Shown: positions 40,171 to 52,712 of the stretch, one piece after another | How positions within the stretch are numbered: position 1 is the stretch's first letter | How the letters are laid out: every line of letters begins with the position of its first letter | Source: Octopus sinensis | Taxonomy: Eukaryota | Assembly: GCF_006345805.1 (NCBI RefSeq) | Contig: NC_043008.1 | Span: 12,152,001-12,216,000 of the forward strand | Length of the DNA: 64,000 nucleotides | Direction of reading: 5' to 3' | The notes under the pieces: generated by a model | The model's database searches: none | What the model saw: the letters and a program-made list of their open reading frames with translations, nothing else | Told to the model about the DNA's origin: nothing | Program-made: the position numbers and the translations under genes

Positions 40171-40370
40171 TGCTATAAGTCAGTGGTTCTCAACCTGGGT
40201 CCATATGGCCCCTGAGGGTCCATATAAGATTTTTGGGGGTCCACGCAATAAAACAGTAATTGGGAACCCATAATGGTATTTTAAGGGCTGCTGAAAATAT
40301 TTTGCTTTAAATGTATGTATTAGTATGTATTACAAGAAATAGTTTTCCTTCAATATTTTACAACACAAGT
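40171..40370. mobile_element. hAT (Charlie-like) non-autonomous fragment; related ends at about 16480-16597 and 45284-45320
   Basis: CAGTGGTTCTCAACC terminus typical of Charlie-type TIRs. Confidence 0.45.
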
Positions 40371-40390
40371 TAATGGGTGCAAAAGAGAAT

Positions 40391-40470
40391 ATTATTATTA
40401 TTATTATTATTATTATTTAGGTGACTGCCTGGAATAAAACCCATGCTCTTAACCACTAAGCCATATGACC

Positions 40471-40528
<58 letters not shown>

Positions 40529-40695
40529 TAATAATAACATTGAAAAATACCTTAGAAATGAGAACTCAGGTTCGAAATTTCCCCAAGACACCTGATGAAG
40601 GCTGGAGGGTATATCAGCCAAAACGTTGTGTTAACAACAAACAAGAAGAGGACAAATGTCTGTCAAATGTAAATAATGTACATAATTACTCATCT
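40391..40695 (+). mobile_element. Family E SINE with inverted 5' head
   Basis: (TTA)n, reverse-complement head 40416-40470, (TAA)n, forward tail with hammerhead at 40587-40632. Confidence 0.75.
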
Positions 40696-41115
40696 GAACC
40701 CCTATTGTAAGTTGATAGGCATATAGCTCCCATTGGCTTAAGTTAGAGCTGGAGTATTTGACACAAATACTCTGGAATGCAGAAAAACTCATTTTGTTCT
40801 TCCTATATTATTCCTTAACCTTTTTGATACCAAGCTTCTTCCTTCCCTGGTTCCATGGTATAACCTTTCAGTTTTAAAATGGTCTAAATTGGAACCATCC
40901 ATTTAAACTTCATATTAATTTCTATCTTTAGCATCAGCACAATTTTGAAATTAAGGAGGAATTTAGCAAAGCAACTGTCATCCTTAATTGAAATAAAAGC
41001 TGTTTCGACAGAAGTATGGAAGCAAAGAGTCTTGAATGAAATCACAGAATAACCTTTCAAACCATTATCTCTCTCTCTCTCTCACTCTTTCTCTGTCTGT
41101 CTCTCTTTCTCTCTC

Positions 41116-41147
<32 letters not shown>

Positions 41148-43276
41148 TTCGTTTAACATCCGCTTTCCATGCTGGCATGATTTGGACGATTTGACTGAGG
41201 TCTGGCGAACCAGATGGATGCACCAGTCTCCAATCTTGATCTGGCAGAGTTTCTACAGCTGGATGCCCTTCATAATGCCAACCACTCTGAGAGTGTAGTG
41301 GGTGCTTTTACGTGCCACCAGCACTAGGGCCAATCAGGCAGTACTGGTTATGGCCAGGCTCAAATGGCGTTTTTTACGTACCACCTGCACAGGAGCCAGT
41401 CCAGCGGCACTGGCAACGACCTTGCTCGAATGTCTTTTTCATGTGCCAGTAAGGTGACGCTGGTAACGATCAGGCTCGAATGGTGTTTTTTACGTGCCAC
41501 CAGCATGGAAGCCAGTTAGCTGCTCCGGCAACGATCACGCTCGGATGGTGCTGTTAGCACTCCACCAGCACATATATATATATATATATACATGCATGTG
41601 TCCCTCCATTACTGCTTTACAACTGGTGTTGGTGCAAATACACCAACACTGCTTTGCAACTGGTGTTGGTGTGTTTGCATCCCTTTAGTTTAATGGTTTG
41701 GTAAAATAAGCACTGGTGTCAATATATTTGACTAAAAGTTATTTGAAGTGGTGTCCCAGCATGGCCACAGTCTAATGACTGAAACAAGTAAAAGATAAAA
41801 GATAACAGCTATATGTTGTGTGTGTGTGTTTCTTAGTTTGCCTTGGACACTGGTGTTGGTTTGTTTATATCCCTGTCACGTAGCCGTTCAGCAAAAGGGC
41901 CCAACAGAATTTTAAAAAAAAGCAAACAAACAAACCATCTAACTAAAATCCAACAAGGTTCTGCTCCAGCATAGCCACACTTCACTGCAACTGAAATGCC
42001 ACAAAAATATAATCGGTTGCTTCAGGTGATGAAAACTAAAATTTCTAATTTTTTCAAACAATAAAAACCCCAAAAAACACAGAATTGCGAAGATAAATTC
42101 TTCTGATTGTCCAGGTAGAAAAAAACAATAAAATTCTCTCTACTCCATTTCCGCAGATCAATGCTTCGTACGCCATATTTATATCTTCTTTAAATATTTC
42201 AAGGCAAACATTGGACATATTTTTATTCTAGAAAAGACAAAATTGTTTTCCTTGTTTATCGTGGTTGTCTCTTTGTTGCATAGCTTATCAGATAAGCGTG
42301 TATATGTGTGTGTGTGCGTATGTGTGTGTGTATTTGTTTGTGTGTGTGTGCGTATTTGTTTGTGGGTGGGTGCGCATTTGTTTGTGTGTGTGTGTATCTG
42401 TTTGTGTGTGTGCATATCTGTTTGTGTATGTGTGTATCTGTTTGTATGTGTGTGTGTGTATGTACCCATTTGTGGGTGTGTGCGTATTTGTTTGTGGGTG
42501 TATGCATATTTGTTTGTGTGTGTATGTACCTGTTTGTGGGTGTGTGTGTATTTGTGTGTGTGTATGTACCTGTTTGTGGGTGTGTATTTGTTTGTGTGTG
42601 CTTGTATCAGTTTGTGGGTGTGAGTGTACCTGTTTGTGTGTGTGTGTGTACTTGTTTGTACATGCCTGTGTATACGTGTATGTGTATGTGTATGTATCGG
42701 TTTGTGTGTATGAGTATGTGTGCACCTGTCTGTATTTGTGTATGCGTGTGTGTGTGTGTACCTGTCTGTGTTACTGTGTGTATGTGTGTATGTTTACGTG
42801 TGTGTGTGTGCACCTGTCTGTATTTATGTGTATGTATGTATGTATGTATATATGTATGTATGCATGTGTGTGTCAGTATGGGTGAGTGTTTGTGCATTGT
42901 GGGTCAATATCTGTATGAGTGTATGTGTCTTGGCCTGGGTGTGTCTGCACATGTGTGTGTGTGTGTGCGTGTGCCTTTGTGTGTGTGTGTGTGTGTGTGT
43001 GTAACTGTGTATGTGTGCATGTATGTGTGTGCCTTTGTATTCTGTGTGTGTGTGTGTGTGCAATATGGCATCAATGAATTGTATATAGTCTATTAGCTCT
43101 CGTTAATCTATGGATTTTTAACATTCTGTTCAACCACATGTTCTGACCTTTAAACATACCTGCTTGCTCGTGAAATTAACGTGCAAGTGGCTGAGCACTC
43201 CACAGACACATGTACACTTCATGTAGTTCTCAGAGAGATTCAGCGTGATGCAGAGTGTGATAAGGCTAGTGTGACA

Positions 43277-43310
<34 letters not shown>

Positions 43311-44596
43311 AATACACATACACATACACATGCACACACATACACACATACACACATACATACACACATACACACATACACACATACACATACACACACA
43401 TACACAAAACTACACATGCAGATACACACACACATACTGGCACTCTGTTGGCTAGATGACAGGGTTCCATACACTTACACACATACATACGCACACAACT
43501 ACACATGCACACACACACACACATACTAGCACTCTGCTACAATGACAAGGGTTCCAGTTTGTCTGATGAATGGAACAGCCTGGTCATGAAATTTAATGTT
43601 CAAAAGGCCGAGTACTCCACAGACATGCATATCCTTAATGTAGTACCCAGAGAGATTCAATGTGTTTGCTCTTTGAATTACAAGTACCACTCATTTTCAC
43701 CAGCTGAGTGGATTGGAATAATGGGAAATACAGGAAATAGAAAGTCTTGCTCAAGAGTGAATGTGTGGTACGTAGCTTGCTTACCAACCACATGGTTCCG
43801 GGTTCAGTCCCACTGCGTAGCACCATGAGGAAGTGTCTTCTACTATAGCCTCGGGCCAACCAATGCCTTGTGAGTGGATTTGGTAGACGGAAACTGAAAG
43901 AAGCCCGTCGTATATATGTATATATATATATGCGTGTGTGTTTGTATGTCTGTGTGTCTGTATTTGTCCCCTTAGCATTGCTTGACAACCGATGCTGGTG
44001 TGTTTATGTCCCCATCACTTAGCGGTTCGGCAAAAAAGACCGATAGAATAAGTACTGGGCTTACAAAGAATAAGTCCCGGGGTCGAGTTGCTCGATTAAA
44101 GGTGGTGCCCCAGCATGGCCGCAGTCAAATGACTGAAACAAATAAAAGAGTAAAAGAGAGTAAAGAGTATACAGTGTGCTGCTGGGAATTGAACCCATTA
44201 CCTTATGATCCGATCATGAGCTGAATACCCTAACCACACACATAAACATATGATGGGCTTCTATACAGTCTCCACTTACCAGACTCATCCACGAGGCATT
44301 GGTGAGCCTTATGTTACAGAAGACACTTGCCCACGGGGGAGCATAGTGGGATCGATCTTGAAACCCCCATGGTTGCAAAACAGGCTTCTTAATTACACAG
44401 CCACTCACACATCGTTCCTTTTCCCCGCCTTTTTCTTCCTGGGTCCCTCTGCCTTCTTGCCCATCCACCCAGCTGTCTGGGTGTCTGTTTAGTTAAGAAA
44501 CTGTTCCTGTCAAATCTCATTTTCCCTTCACATTGCAACTACGTAAACAATTTAACTGTAAAGCAGGTCATCCCAGTTGTTTTCGTAAATACCAAC

Positions 44597-44626
44597 CTCA
44601 TCACTGTGTCAGGGTGGGTGGCCAGT
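44597..44626 (-). CDS. Candidate 30-nt exon (LATHPDTVM)
   Basis: Strong ctcatttgcttctctccatag acceptor, GAG|GTTGGT donor, phase 2 to 2. Confidence 0.35.
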
Positions 44627-44796
44627 CTATGGAGAGAAGCAAATGAGGATTCCAAATTTTACTATACTGTCTCTATTTCTTCTGTTTTTTTTTTGTTTTT
44701 TTTTTAATCTAAACTTATCTGTTTGGTGTTGGTTGTAACGATACTTCAAAACAATAATGGATGAGATTTTTTTTTTGATATGTAAATACAAACGGT

Positions 44797-45000
44797 ATCA
44801 GGGCATCTATAAGTTTTGAAAAAATTACAAAAATCGATTCCAGGTGAGAATATGATCGATAAAGCCGTGGGAACGTGCATTTGTGCATGCAAGTACATCA
44901 GCTGTTGCGATCGATACTATGCATATGCAAGAAAAATGCACGTGCAGTTTGCGCAAAAAACTCATGAAGCTTTTCCATCTAGATTTACCTCCAGCTAACC
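44797..45000. mobile_element. Possible Tc1/mariner terminal fragment
   Basis: cagggcatctataagttttgaa terminus resembles mariner ends; no second TIR located. Confidence 0.3.
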
Positions 45001-45461
45001 CATTTGCACGTATGGTTTTTGTCCTGCTTTTCTTCCGTCAACCTGTACATAACTGCACCTTCCATTTTTTGTTGTTTTTGTACTGCTTAAAGGCACGTTT
45101 CTTTCCTGCCAAGCTTACTGTTTAAACCATGTTTGTGTTCTCCCAGTCAACAGCCTTATCATTACTGGTACTTTAAACTCTTCCGTTGCATATTTGTGTG
45201 AATAAAAATCGTTTTTCTTTGGAATACAAAAAAAATTCTATCTTTATTTCTTCTTTTGCTGGTGTCTCAAATTTAGGTTAAATCAGTGTTTCTCAAAGGG
45301 GAGGCCTATGGGACGGTCGGACAAGTTGTGTTGAGAAAATTTGGTTTAAATGTTTGACAACTTAGTATCATCCATTGGACAGGGGATGTTTTGCTCGTAC
45401 ACACACATATATATATATGTGTGTGTGTATATACATATATATGTATGTGTACATATGTATG

Positions 45462-45528
<67 letters not shown>

Positions 45529-45543
45529 GCGAATATATATGTG

Positions 45544-45590
<47 letters not shown>

Positions 45591-45599
45591 GTGTGTGTG

Positions 45600-45645
<46 letters not shown>

Positions 45646-45949
45646 GAAATGTGGGTTTGTGTTTGTGTAGTAATGTCATGTTTTAGCAGCTGTTATTAGC
45701 ATAGGGTAGATAAATAAACCAGCAGGTGCTTTCCAGTAAATAGAAACACCAAATGTTTCTCACTGTGGCATGCTAGGAACATTGTTTGGCAATTTCAAAA
45801 CATTCATTCTACTTTTATAGTTAATTTCATGTGCAGAATTTAGCAGTTTTACCTTGCAGAAAGATGCCAGTCAATCATTATACAGCCGAATTCGTAATTA
45901 AGATTGTTAACGAACGACTGAATATCTAAGCTCATTTCACTGTTCTGAA

Positions 45950-45981
<32 letters not shown>

Positions 45982-46047
45982 GGTGTGCATAAATAAATGA
46001 CTAATTACCTGTAATGCTACATACCTGCATGTATATATATATATATA

Positions 46048-46183
46048 AACAAAACTGTCCGAAGAGTGGGAAAGTGAAGTTCTGAGTAACAGTTTTTTTG
46101 TGATATTTTTGCTGCTTTTTAATACAGCGTATTACTCTACCTGTTTTTTTCTACCTTGTTTCACATTTACGTGCTTACTCAGG
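46048..46183 (+). mobile_element. Solo copy of the 54.9-kb PLE-like family, degenerate hammerhead
   Basis: aacaaaactgtccgaaga...tctgagtaacag...ttgtttcacattta..ttactc aligns by eye to the 54.9-kb element. Confidence 0.6.
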
Positions 46184-47419
46184 TATGTGTATGTATCCTA
46201 ATCATCATCATCATTATCGTCGTTTAACGTCCGTTTTCCGTGCTAGCATGGGTTGGACGGTTCGACCGGGGTCTGGGAAGCCGGGAGGTTGCACCAGGCT
46301 CCAGTCTGATCTGGCAGTGTTTCTACAGCTGGATGCCCTTCCTAACACCAACCACTCCGTGAATGTAGTGGGTACTTTTTACATGCCACCGGCACAGGAG
46401 CTAGAAGACGCTGGCAATAGGTATGATCGGTTGGTGCCTTTTATGTGCCACTGGCACAGAAGCCAGCTGAGGTGGCACTGGCATTGGCCATGTCCAGATG
46501 GTGCTTTTTATGTGCCACCAGCACGGGTATCACAACTACAATTACAATTATATATATATATAATATATATATTATATATATATATATAATATATATATAT
46601 ATACACATATATATATACATATATAGATATATATATATATAATATATATATACATATATATATATATATGAAAGGAATGTTTGTCAATTTTTTAATTAAT
46701 AAATAATAGTTTATTAATTACATCTCTATTTTCTTATCATATTATAATAAATAAACATATATAAACGTCAGTTAATATAGTTACCTTGCAGTTGAGTATT
46801 AACTGTTCAATATTCTTTGTGTAGGTAACTAACCAGTATATTCATACCATTTTCCCTAAGGTGCCATGCAGTGGGACTGAACCTGGAACTATGTGGTTGG
46901 GAAGCGAGCTACTTACCACACACCCATGCCTGCACCTATGTGATGTGAATAGAAGACAATGAGTGTTTGGTATGGCTGGATATGCTGTGTGAATAAGCAA
47001 TGATTGTTCAGTGAAAATAGCTGATCCATTGATGGTGAAGAATATGCCAAGTAATGGAATATTGAAAGCTAGCAAGAATTTGTAATGTCATGTCTGTGGA
47101 TGTTGAGCCTCACCCAATGAAATGACAAATGATAGCAGAAAGTTGAATTTAAAACTGTAAGCCATTCTTGTGCATGCTTTTATATTGGCTTGGAACAATG
47201 GATATTAAAATGTTAATATGGAGAAATATTGATAAATGATGGGATATAATCATCATCAGCATCCCCACCATCAGCATCACCATCATCATCATCTTCATCA
47301 TGATCATTGTCATCAGCGTCATCATAAATATTTTAAGTCTATTTTCGACACTGGCTTGAGATGGACAGCATATCTCTCCCTACTCTCACTTTCTTTTTCC
47401 CCTCTCTCTTCATATGTAT

Positions 47420-47458
<39 letters not shown>

Positions 47459-48004
47459 TATATATATATATATATATACACATATATATATATGATCTTA
47501 TAGAAGTTTGGTTAAACCAATAATCATTTCCAATCCTGTTTTAGAAGCGAGGAATCTTTGTTGAAATGCTTCAAATTCAAATGAATGTATGTGTGTATAT
47601 GTTTGAGTGTGTGCTCACACATGTGTGTATGTATGCATACACACCCACACACATCACATACACACATACATACAATATTTTCTAAACTGTTCCGGTTCCT
47701 CTGATGAGATATTGTGTCTCATCCAACTCATGCTAACATGGAAAAAAACATAAGTAAAACACCAACAAGAGACATGTAAGAATTGAGTGCTTACACAACA
47801 CAGAAGTGTAGTTATATAATTTCGAAGTTTATAAATCAATGAATGAGATAAAAATAAATAATATATTACTGGAAACATTAATAACGATGTGATTACTTAA
47901 AACCTGCAATTTTCTTGGAAGCCACCACAATATTTTTTTATTTTTATATTTTTATTATATTTCTAATTCTGAATGAATGAAAATATGAGTAAAGAAGGAA
48001 GACT

Positions 48005-48007
48005 ACA

Positions 48008-48042
<35 letters not shown>

Positions 48043-48071
48043 TAATAATAACAACAACAACAATAATAATG

Positions 48072-48107
<36 letters not shown>

Positions 48108-48154
48108 TAATAATAATAATAATAATGATATAATAATAATAATAATAATAAAAA

Positions 48155-48225
<71 letters not shown>

Positions 48226-48465
48226 TAGAAATAATAATAATAATAATGATAATAATGATAATAATAATAATGATGATGATGATGATGATGATGATAATAA
48301 TAATAATAATTATGATGATGATGACGACGACGACGACGATGATGATGATGATGATGAGGATGATAATCATAATAATAATGGAGCTAGCTTGTGCAAATGT
48401 AAAGCAAAAGTAAAACATAGAATAATAATAATAATAATAATATAATAATAATAATAATAATAACA
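48005..48465. repeat. (AAT/GAT)n arrays; also 49120-49380, 50600-51060, 59540-59835, 60393-60615, 62060-62190
   Basis: Direct reading. Confidence 0.95.
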
Positions 48466-48729
48466 GGCGTTAGGAGACAGAAAATGAAATCAAGACAAGA
48501 ACATGTCCCTTTCAATCTTTGCTTCGGATAAATATACATCTTAATAAATATACATGTGTCACTTACAATACTCTAGGAAAATCATCCTAATTTTACTGAT
48601 AAAAACAATGTTCTCGACATTTCCGAAGCCTCCCCATTGTCTGCCAACACAAATATTTTAGATATTTGATATATTTGTATAATTTTACTTTGTATTTTTT
48701 TTTTTGAAATTCCAATTGCAATGTCTTAC

Positions 48730-48808
48730 CGTTCTCTCATCATAGTAGTATGGTGTAGCAGATCGCTAAAATGTTTCTTTTGGTTACCAATAATTCCGTA
48801 TTGAGTCT
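48730..48808 (-). CDS. Candidate exon (TQYGIIGNQKKHFSDLLHHTTMMRE)
   Basis: ttttcattctttattcgttag acceptor, ACG|GTAAGA donor, 79 nt, only one frame open, phase 1 to 2. Confidence 0.55.
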
Positions 48809-49172
48809 CTAACGAATAAAGAATGAAAAGCTAAATCACAATGCCAAAATCACTTCTTGTTACTTGTGATATGGGAATGGTTTTTGGGGATCTTTGAAGC
48901 ATCCTGAAGCATCCTGACCCATGTCTCATCTAATGAAAAGGGGACATTTTCTACATAGCAAACATAGACAGGCACAAACACACCCTTGCAAAAAATACAC
49001 CATAAATACAGTATAAATATAAAATACTGCTGTGTGGTTCAGAAGCTGCCTTCCTATTCAGGTGGTCTCATGTTCAAAGTATTGTGTGGCAAGTGGGTAA
49101 GTGTCTTTGGCTGTAGATCATAATGATGATGATGATGGTGATAGTAATAATAATAATAAATATAATAATAAC

Positions 49173-49216
<44 letters not shown>

Positions 49217-49266
49217 CAACGACGACGACGACGGCAATGATGATAATAATAATGATAATGATAATA

Positions 49267-49339
<73 letters not shown>

Positions 49340-49655
49340 TAATAATAATAATAGTAATAATAAAAAAATTAATAATAAATGTGTAAGTGTCTTTGGCTGT
49401 AAATTTGGAATGACCAAAACCTTGTGAGTAAAATTGGTCGATAGGAATGGTAAGAAGCCCATCACACACACACACATATATGTGTGTATGTGGGTACATG
49501 TGTATCTGTGCCTCTGTCTGTGTGTGTATGTGTATGTGTTTGTTTGTTTGTGTGTGTTTGTGTGTGTCTGTGTGTGCCCTTGTCTTAATGTCACATATGG
49601 TGACACAGCAGTCAAAAAATAGTAAACAATAGGGATTTTCATTGAAAAAAAGCAC

Positions 49656-49803
49656 CTTTTTGATGTAAATAATTTTTGGTGTTAACATAGTCCGATTTGA
49701 ATTTTTTCTTCAACGGAAAGAAGAGCTGGCCTTCTTCTTTCACACTCTCAATTTTGGTCAACTTGCGCTGCAGGGTCTCAGAGGAGATTGTGTTAGTTGA
49801 AAG
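49656..49803 (-). CDS. Candidate exon (LSTNTISSETLQRKLTKIESVKEEGQLFFPLKKKFKSDYVNTKNYLHQK)
   Basis: 49 open codons in a unique island; AAG|GTGCTT donor; alternative acceptor ccctgcag at 49768; phase 0 to 1. Confidence 0.4.
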
Positions 49804-50060
49804 CTATCAAACCTGCCATACACAGACAACTTCAGCTTTATATATATAGAAAATTTGTTTTAATTTTTTTTACGTTGGTGATGAATATTTCGCTGTTAAT
49901 TTCTTTTAAGAGTTACTTGTTGCTATCTTTTTGTTATTGTAAATATTCATCTTTCCTTTCTGCAGCAGATATTCCATAGATATCAGGAATAACAATATAA
50001 AATGAACGAAAAAAAATATCTGCTTAAGAAAAAGCTAAATAAAATCTTAATAACATTTAC

Positions 50061-50098
50061 CATCCGAGATGATATTGCGATGAAATCAAACGTTATAG
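50061..50098 (-). CDS. Candidate small exon (ITFDFIAISSRM)
   Basis: tttcttacatttttcttatacataaag acceptor, ATG|GTAAAT donor, 38 nt, phase 1 to 0. Confidence 0.35.
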
Positions 50099-50814
50099 CT
50101 TTATGTATAAGAAAAATGTAAGAAATAATGAAAAAAGTTTGGACAATGTCATCATAAAACGACTCTAAAATGGAAATTAGTAAAAAAACAAATTTTTTAA
50201 TGATAAAAAGGAAGAATTTTTCTCAAACATTATATAGCAAGCTTCTGTCTTTATTATAACCTTATTAGATTCTTAGCTTATGATATTATTTCGTGAATGT
50301 TCTTGCGTGAAAATGTGTTTGTGGTAGTAAATATTTATTATGTAAGACTTGTTGTGTCTATGTATGAGGGTTAGGGGACTAGAGGGGTGGCTTCAGGTTA
50401 CAAATATTATATAAAATATATTGTTATTATTAATATAGGTTTTTTTTTGTTTAGTAATTCTGATTTTTAAAAAAAAATTATTATTTCGGTTTTTCAATGT
50501 TTTCTCATAAAAAAACCCAAACAAAACTTTACTTGCTTTAATTTCATAACTTGCATTGATATGAACAATAGATCAAGATTAAATGAAGGTGGTGGTCATA
50601 ATTATGATGATGACGACAATGATGATGATAATAATGATGATGATGATGATGATAGTGATAATAATAATAATAATGAGACTACTACTACTACTACTAATAA
50701 TAATAATAATAATAATAATAGTAATAATAATAATAATTATTATAGTAGTAGTAATAATAATAGTCATAATAATAATAATAATAATAGTCATAATGTTAAT
50801 AATAATCATAGTTT

Positions 50815-50848
<34 letters not shown>

Positions 50849-50998
50849 TATAATAATAATAATAGTAATAGTAATAATAATAATAATAATTATAGTAGTA
50901 GTAATAATAATAGTCATAATAATAATAATAATAATCATAGTCTTAATAATAATAATAATAATAATAGTCACAATGTTAATAATAATAATAATAATAAC

Positions 50999-51057
<59 letters not shown>

Positions 51058-51418
51058 TCAAATGAAATAATGGAATAAAAAACATAAGCTCAGGAATGAA
51101 ATTGAATTAGTAGCTTATTTTGCTTTTATTGTTCAGTAAAATGTTACTGAAACATCGAGAGAGGATAATGCCATTCCTTCTACAAATATTAAATTATTTA
51201 CCATTGTTTTGAAGATTAAATAACAGAAGGTTTATTAATAAGAAATTTGGGATATCATTTCATAGCCTTCGGTCGTTCATATATAATGATGCTAAACTAA
51301 AAAATACCATAAATTTTTATTGAATTCATCTAATTCTTTATTTAATTTATTTCTCTTGCAATTGTATTACTGTGTTCTTATATTTTTTTCTGTTTTTGTC
51401 TTTCAGGTAAGTTCTCAC

Positions 51419-51517
51419 CATTTTTCTGTTACTCGTGAAAATATCTTTTCTGTTTCCACCAGCCAGGTAAGAGAAAATTCTGTTTCCTGAAGTTTCCAAT
51501 CATAATAAACATGCCTC
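51419..51517 (-). CDS. Candidate exon (RHVYYDWKLQETEFSLTWLVETEKIFSRVTEK); may extend to 51557
   Basis: ATG|GTGAGA donor. Acceptor is ttgcag at 51518 (phase 2) or ctcattaag at 51558 (phase 1). Open, protein-like frame. Confidence 0.5.
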
Positions 51518-51799
51518 CTGCAATACTTGTCTTTCTCCACATTCTGCTTTTCGCCTTCTTAATGAGAATTGAACGAACTCACTGATATCAATAAAATTAA
51601 TTGCTTCCCCAAACACGCGCAAACATACGCACAGGAGTGGCTGTGTGGTAAGAAGTTTGCTTCTGAACCACATGGTGCTTGGTTGAGTCACAGTGAGTGA
51701 CACCTTGGATAAGTGCCTTCTGCTATAGCCTCAGCCTTGTGAGTGGATTTGGTAAATGGAAACTGTGAGAAGCTCATTGTGTATATGTGTGTATATATG

Positions 51800-51831
<32 letters not shown>

Positions 51832-52129
51832 AAACACTCCTGTCACAACCTGGGACCTTGAAGACTGCTTAAATGCAAGAAAGTATACTAGTATACTAAT
51901 ATTTGATATTCAATATTTCATCTATTCAATAAGGCAATCAATACTTCATTTCATTTTACTATATATACTATTTATACTATATATTCTATATTCTACATTA
52001 ATATTATAAAGAATATAAATAAAACATAAAAAACAGACTGAGTTGGAATTCCTTTGAATAATATATATCCCTCTATACACAATCATACAAACCCCTTTTG
52101 ATATATATATATATATATATATATAATAA

Positions 52130-52186
<57 letters not shown>

Positions 52187-52409
52187 GTAATAATAATAAT
52201 AATATCAAGGAATATGATTCCAAACATACAGGGAAAAATTCAATTTAGTAATACTAAATCAAATTTCACAATATATAATGCATAGTCATAATAATAATAA
52301 TAACAATAATAATAATCATAGTATACACATGTGCTGTAGGCAATTTCTTTTCCTTTTTGGGACTTTTTTCCTTTCCGACAAAGAGCTATGCTCAAAATGT
52401 CAAACTCTC

Positions 52410-52712
52410 AAGCGAGACAGATGAGTGACAACCTGGTCACTGGTGGTGGTGTTACACACCATACTAATCATGCCTGTCAGGCATGTGGAAGAGAGCGTAA
52501 TTCGGCAGGAGGACTTAAACGACATGCAAAGGTACATGAAGCCCAGTTACAACTACAGCCGGCTTTTTACCAGTAAAGGTTTTAGTTGCCAATTTTGTAC
52601 AAGGCATTGTAGATCTTTAGCTGGGCTAAAAATTCATATTCGATCACAGCACCAACAACAGTTAAGCTTCGTGCAATGGCCATACTCGATAACGAAGGGG
52701 CAGCCATAATAA
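52410..52712 (+). pseudogene. RTE-clade LINE 3' end with two C2H2-like knuckles
   Basis: CQACGRERNSAGGLKRHAKVH and CQFCTRHCRSLAGLKIHIRSQH (frameshifted); 3' end cgaagggcagccataat. Confidence 0.7.

Noticed and set aside
41300-41570. CRISPR-like repeat-spacer look of family C
   Set aside because: Eukaryotic context, degenerate repeats, spacers homologous to each other, retroposon tail, no cas genes.
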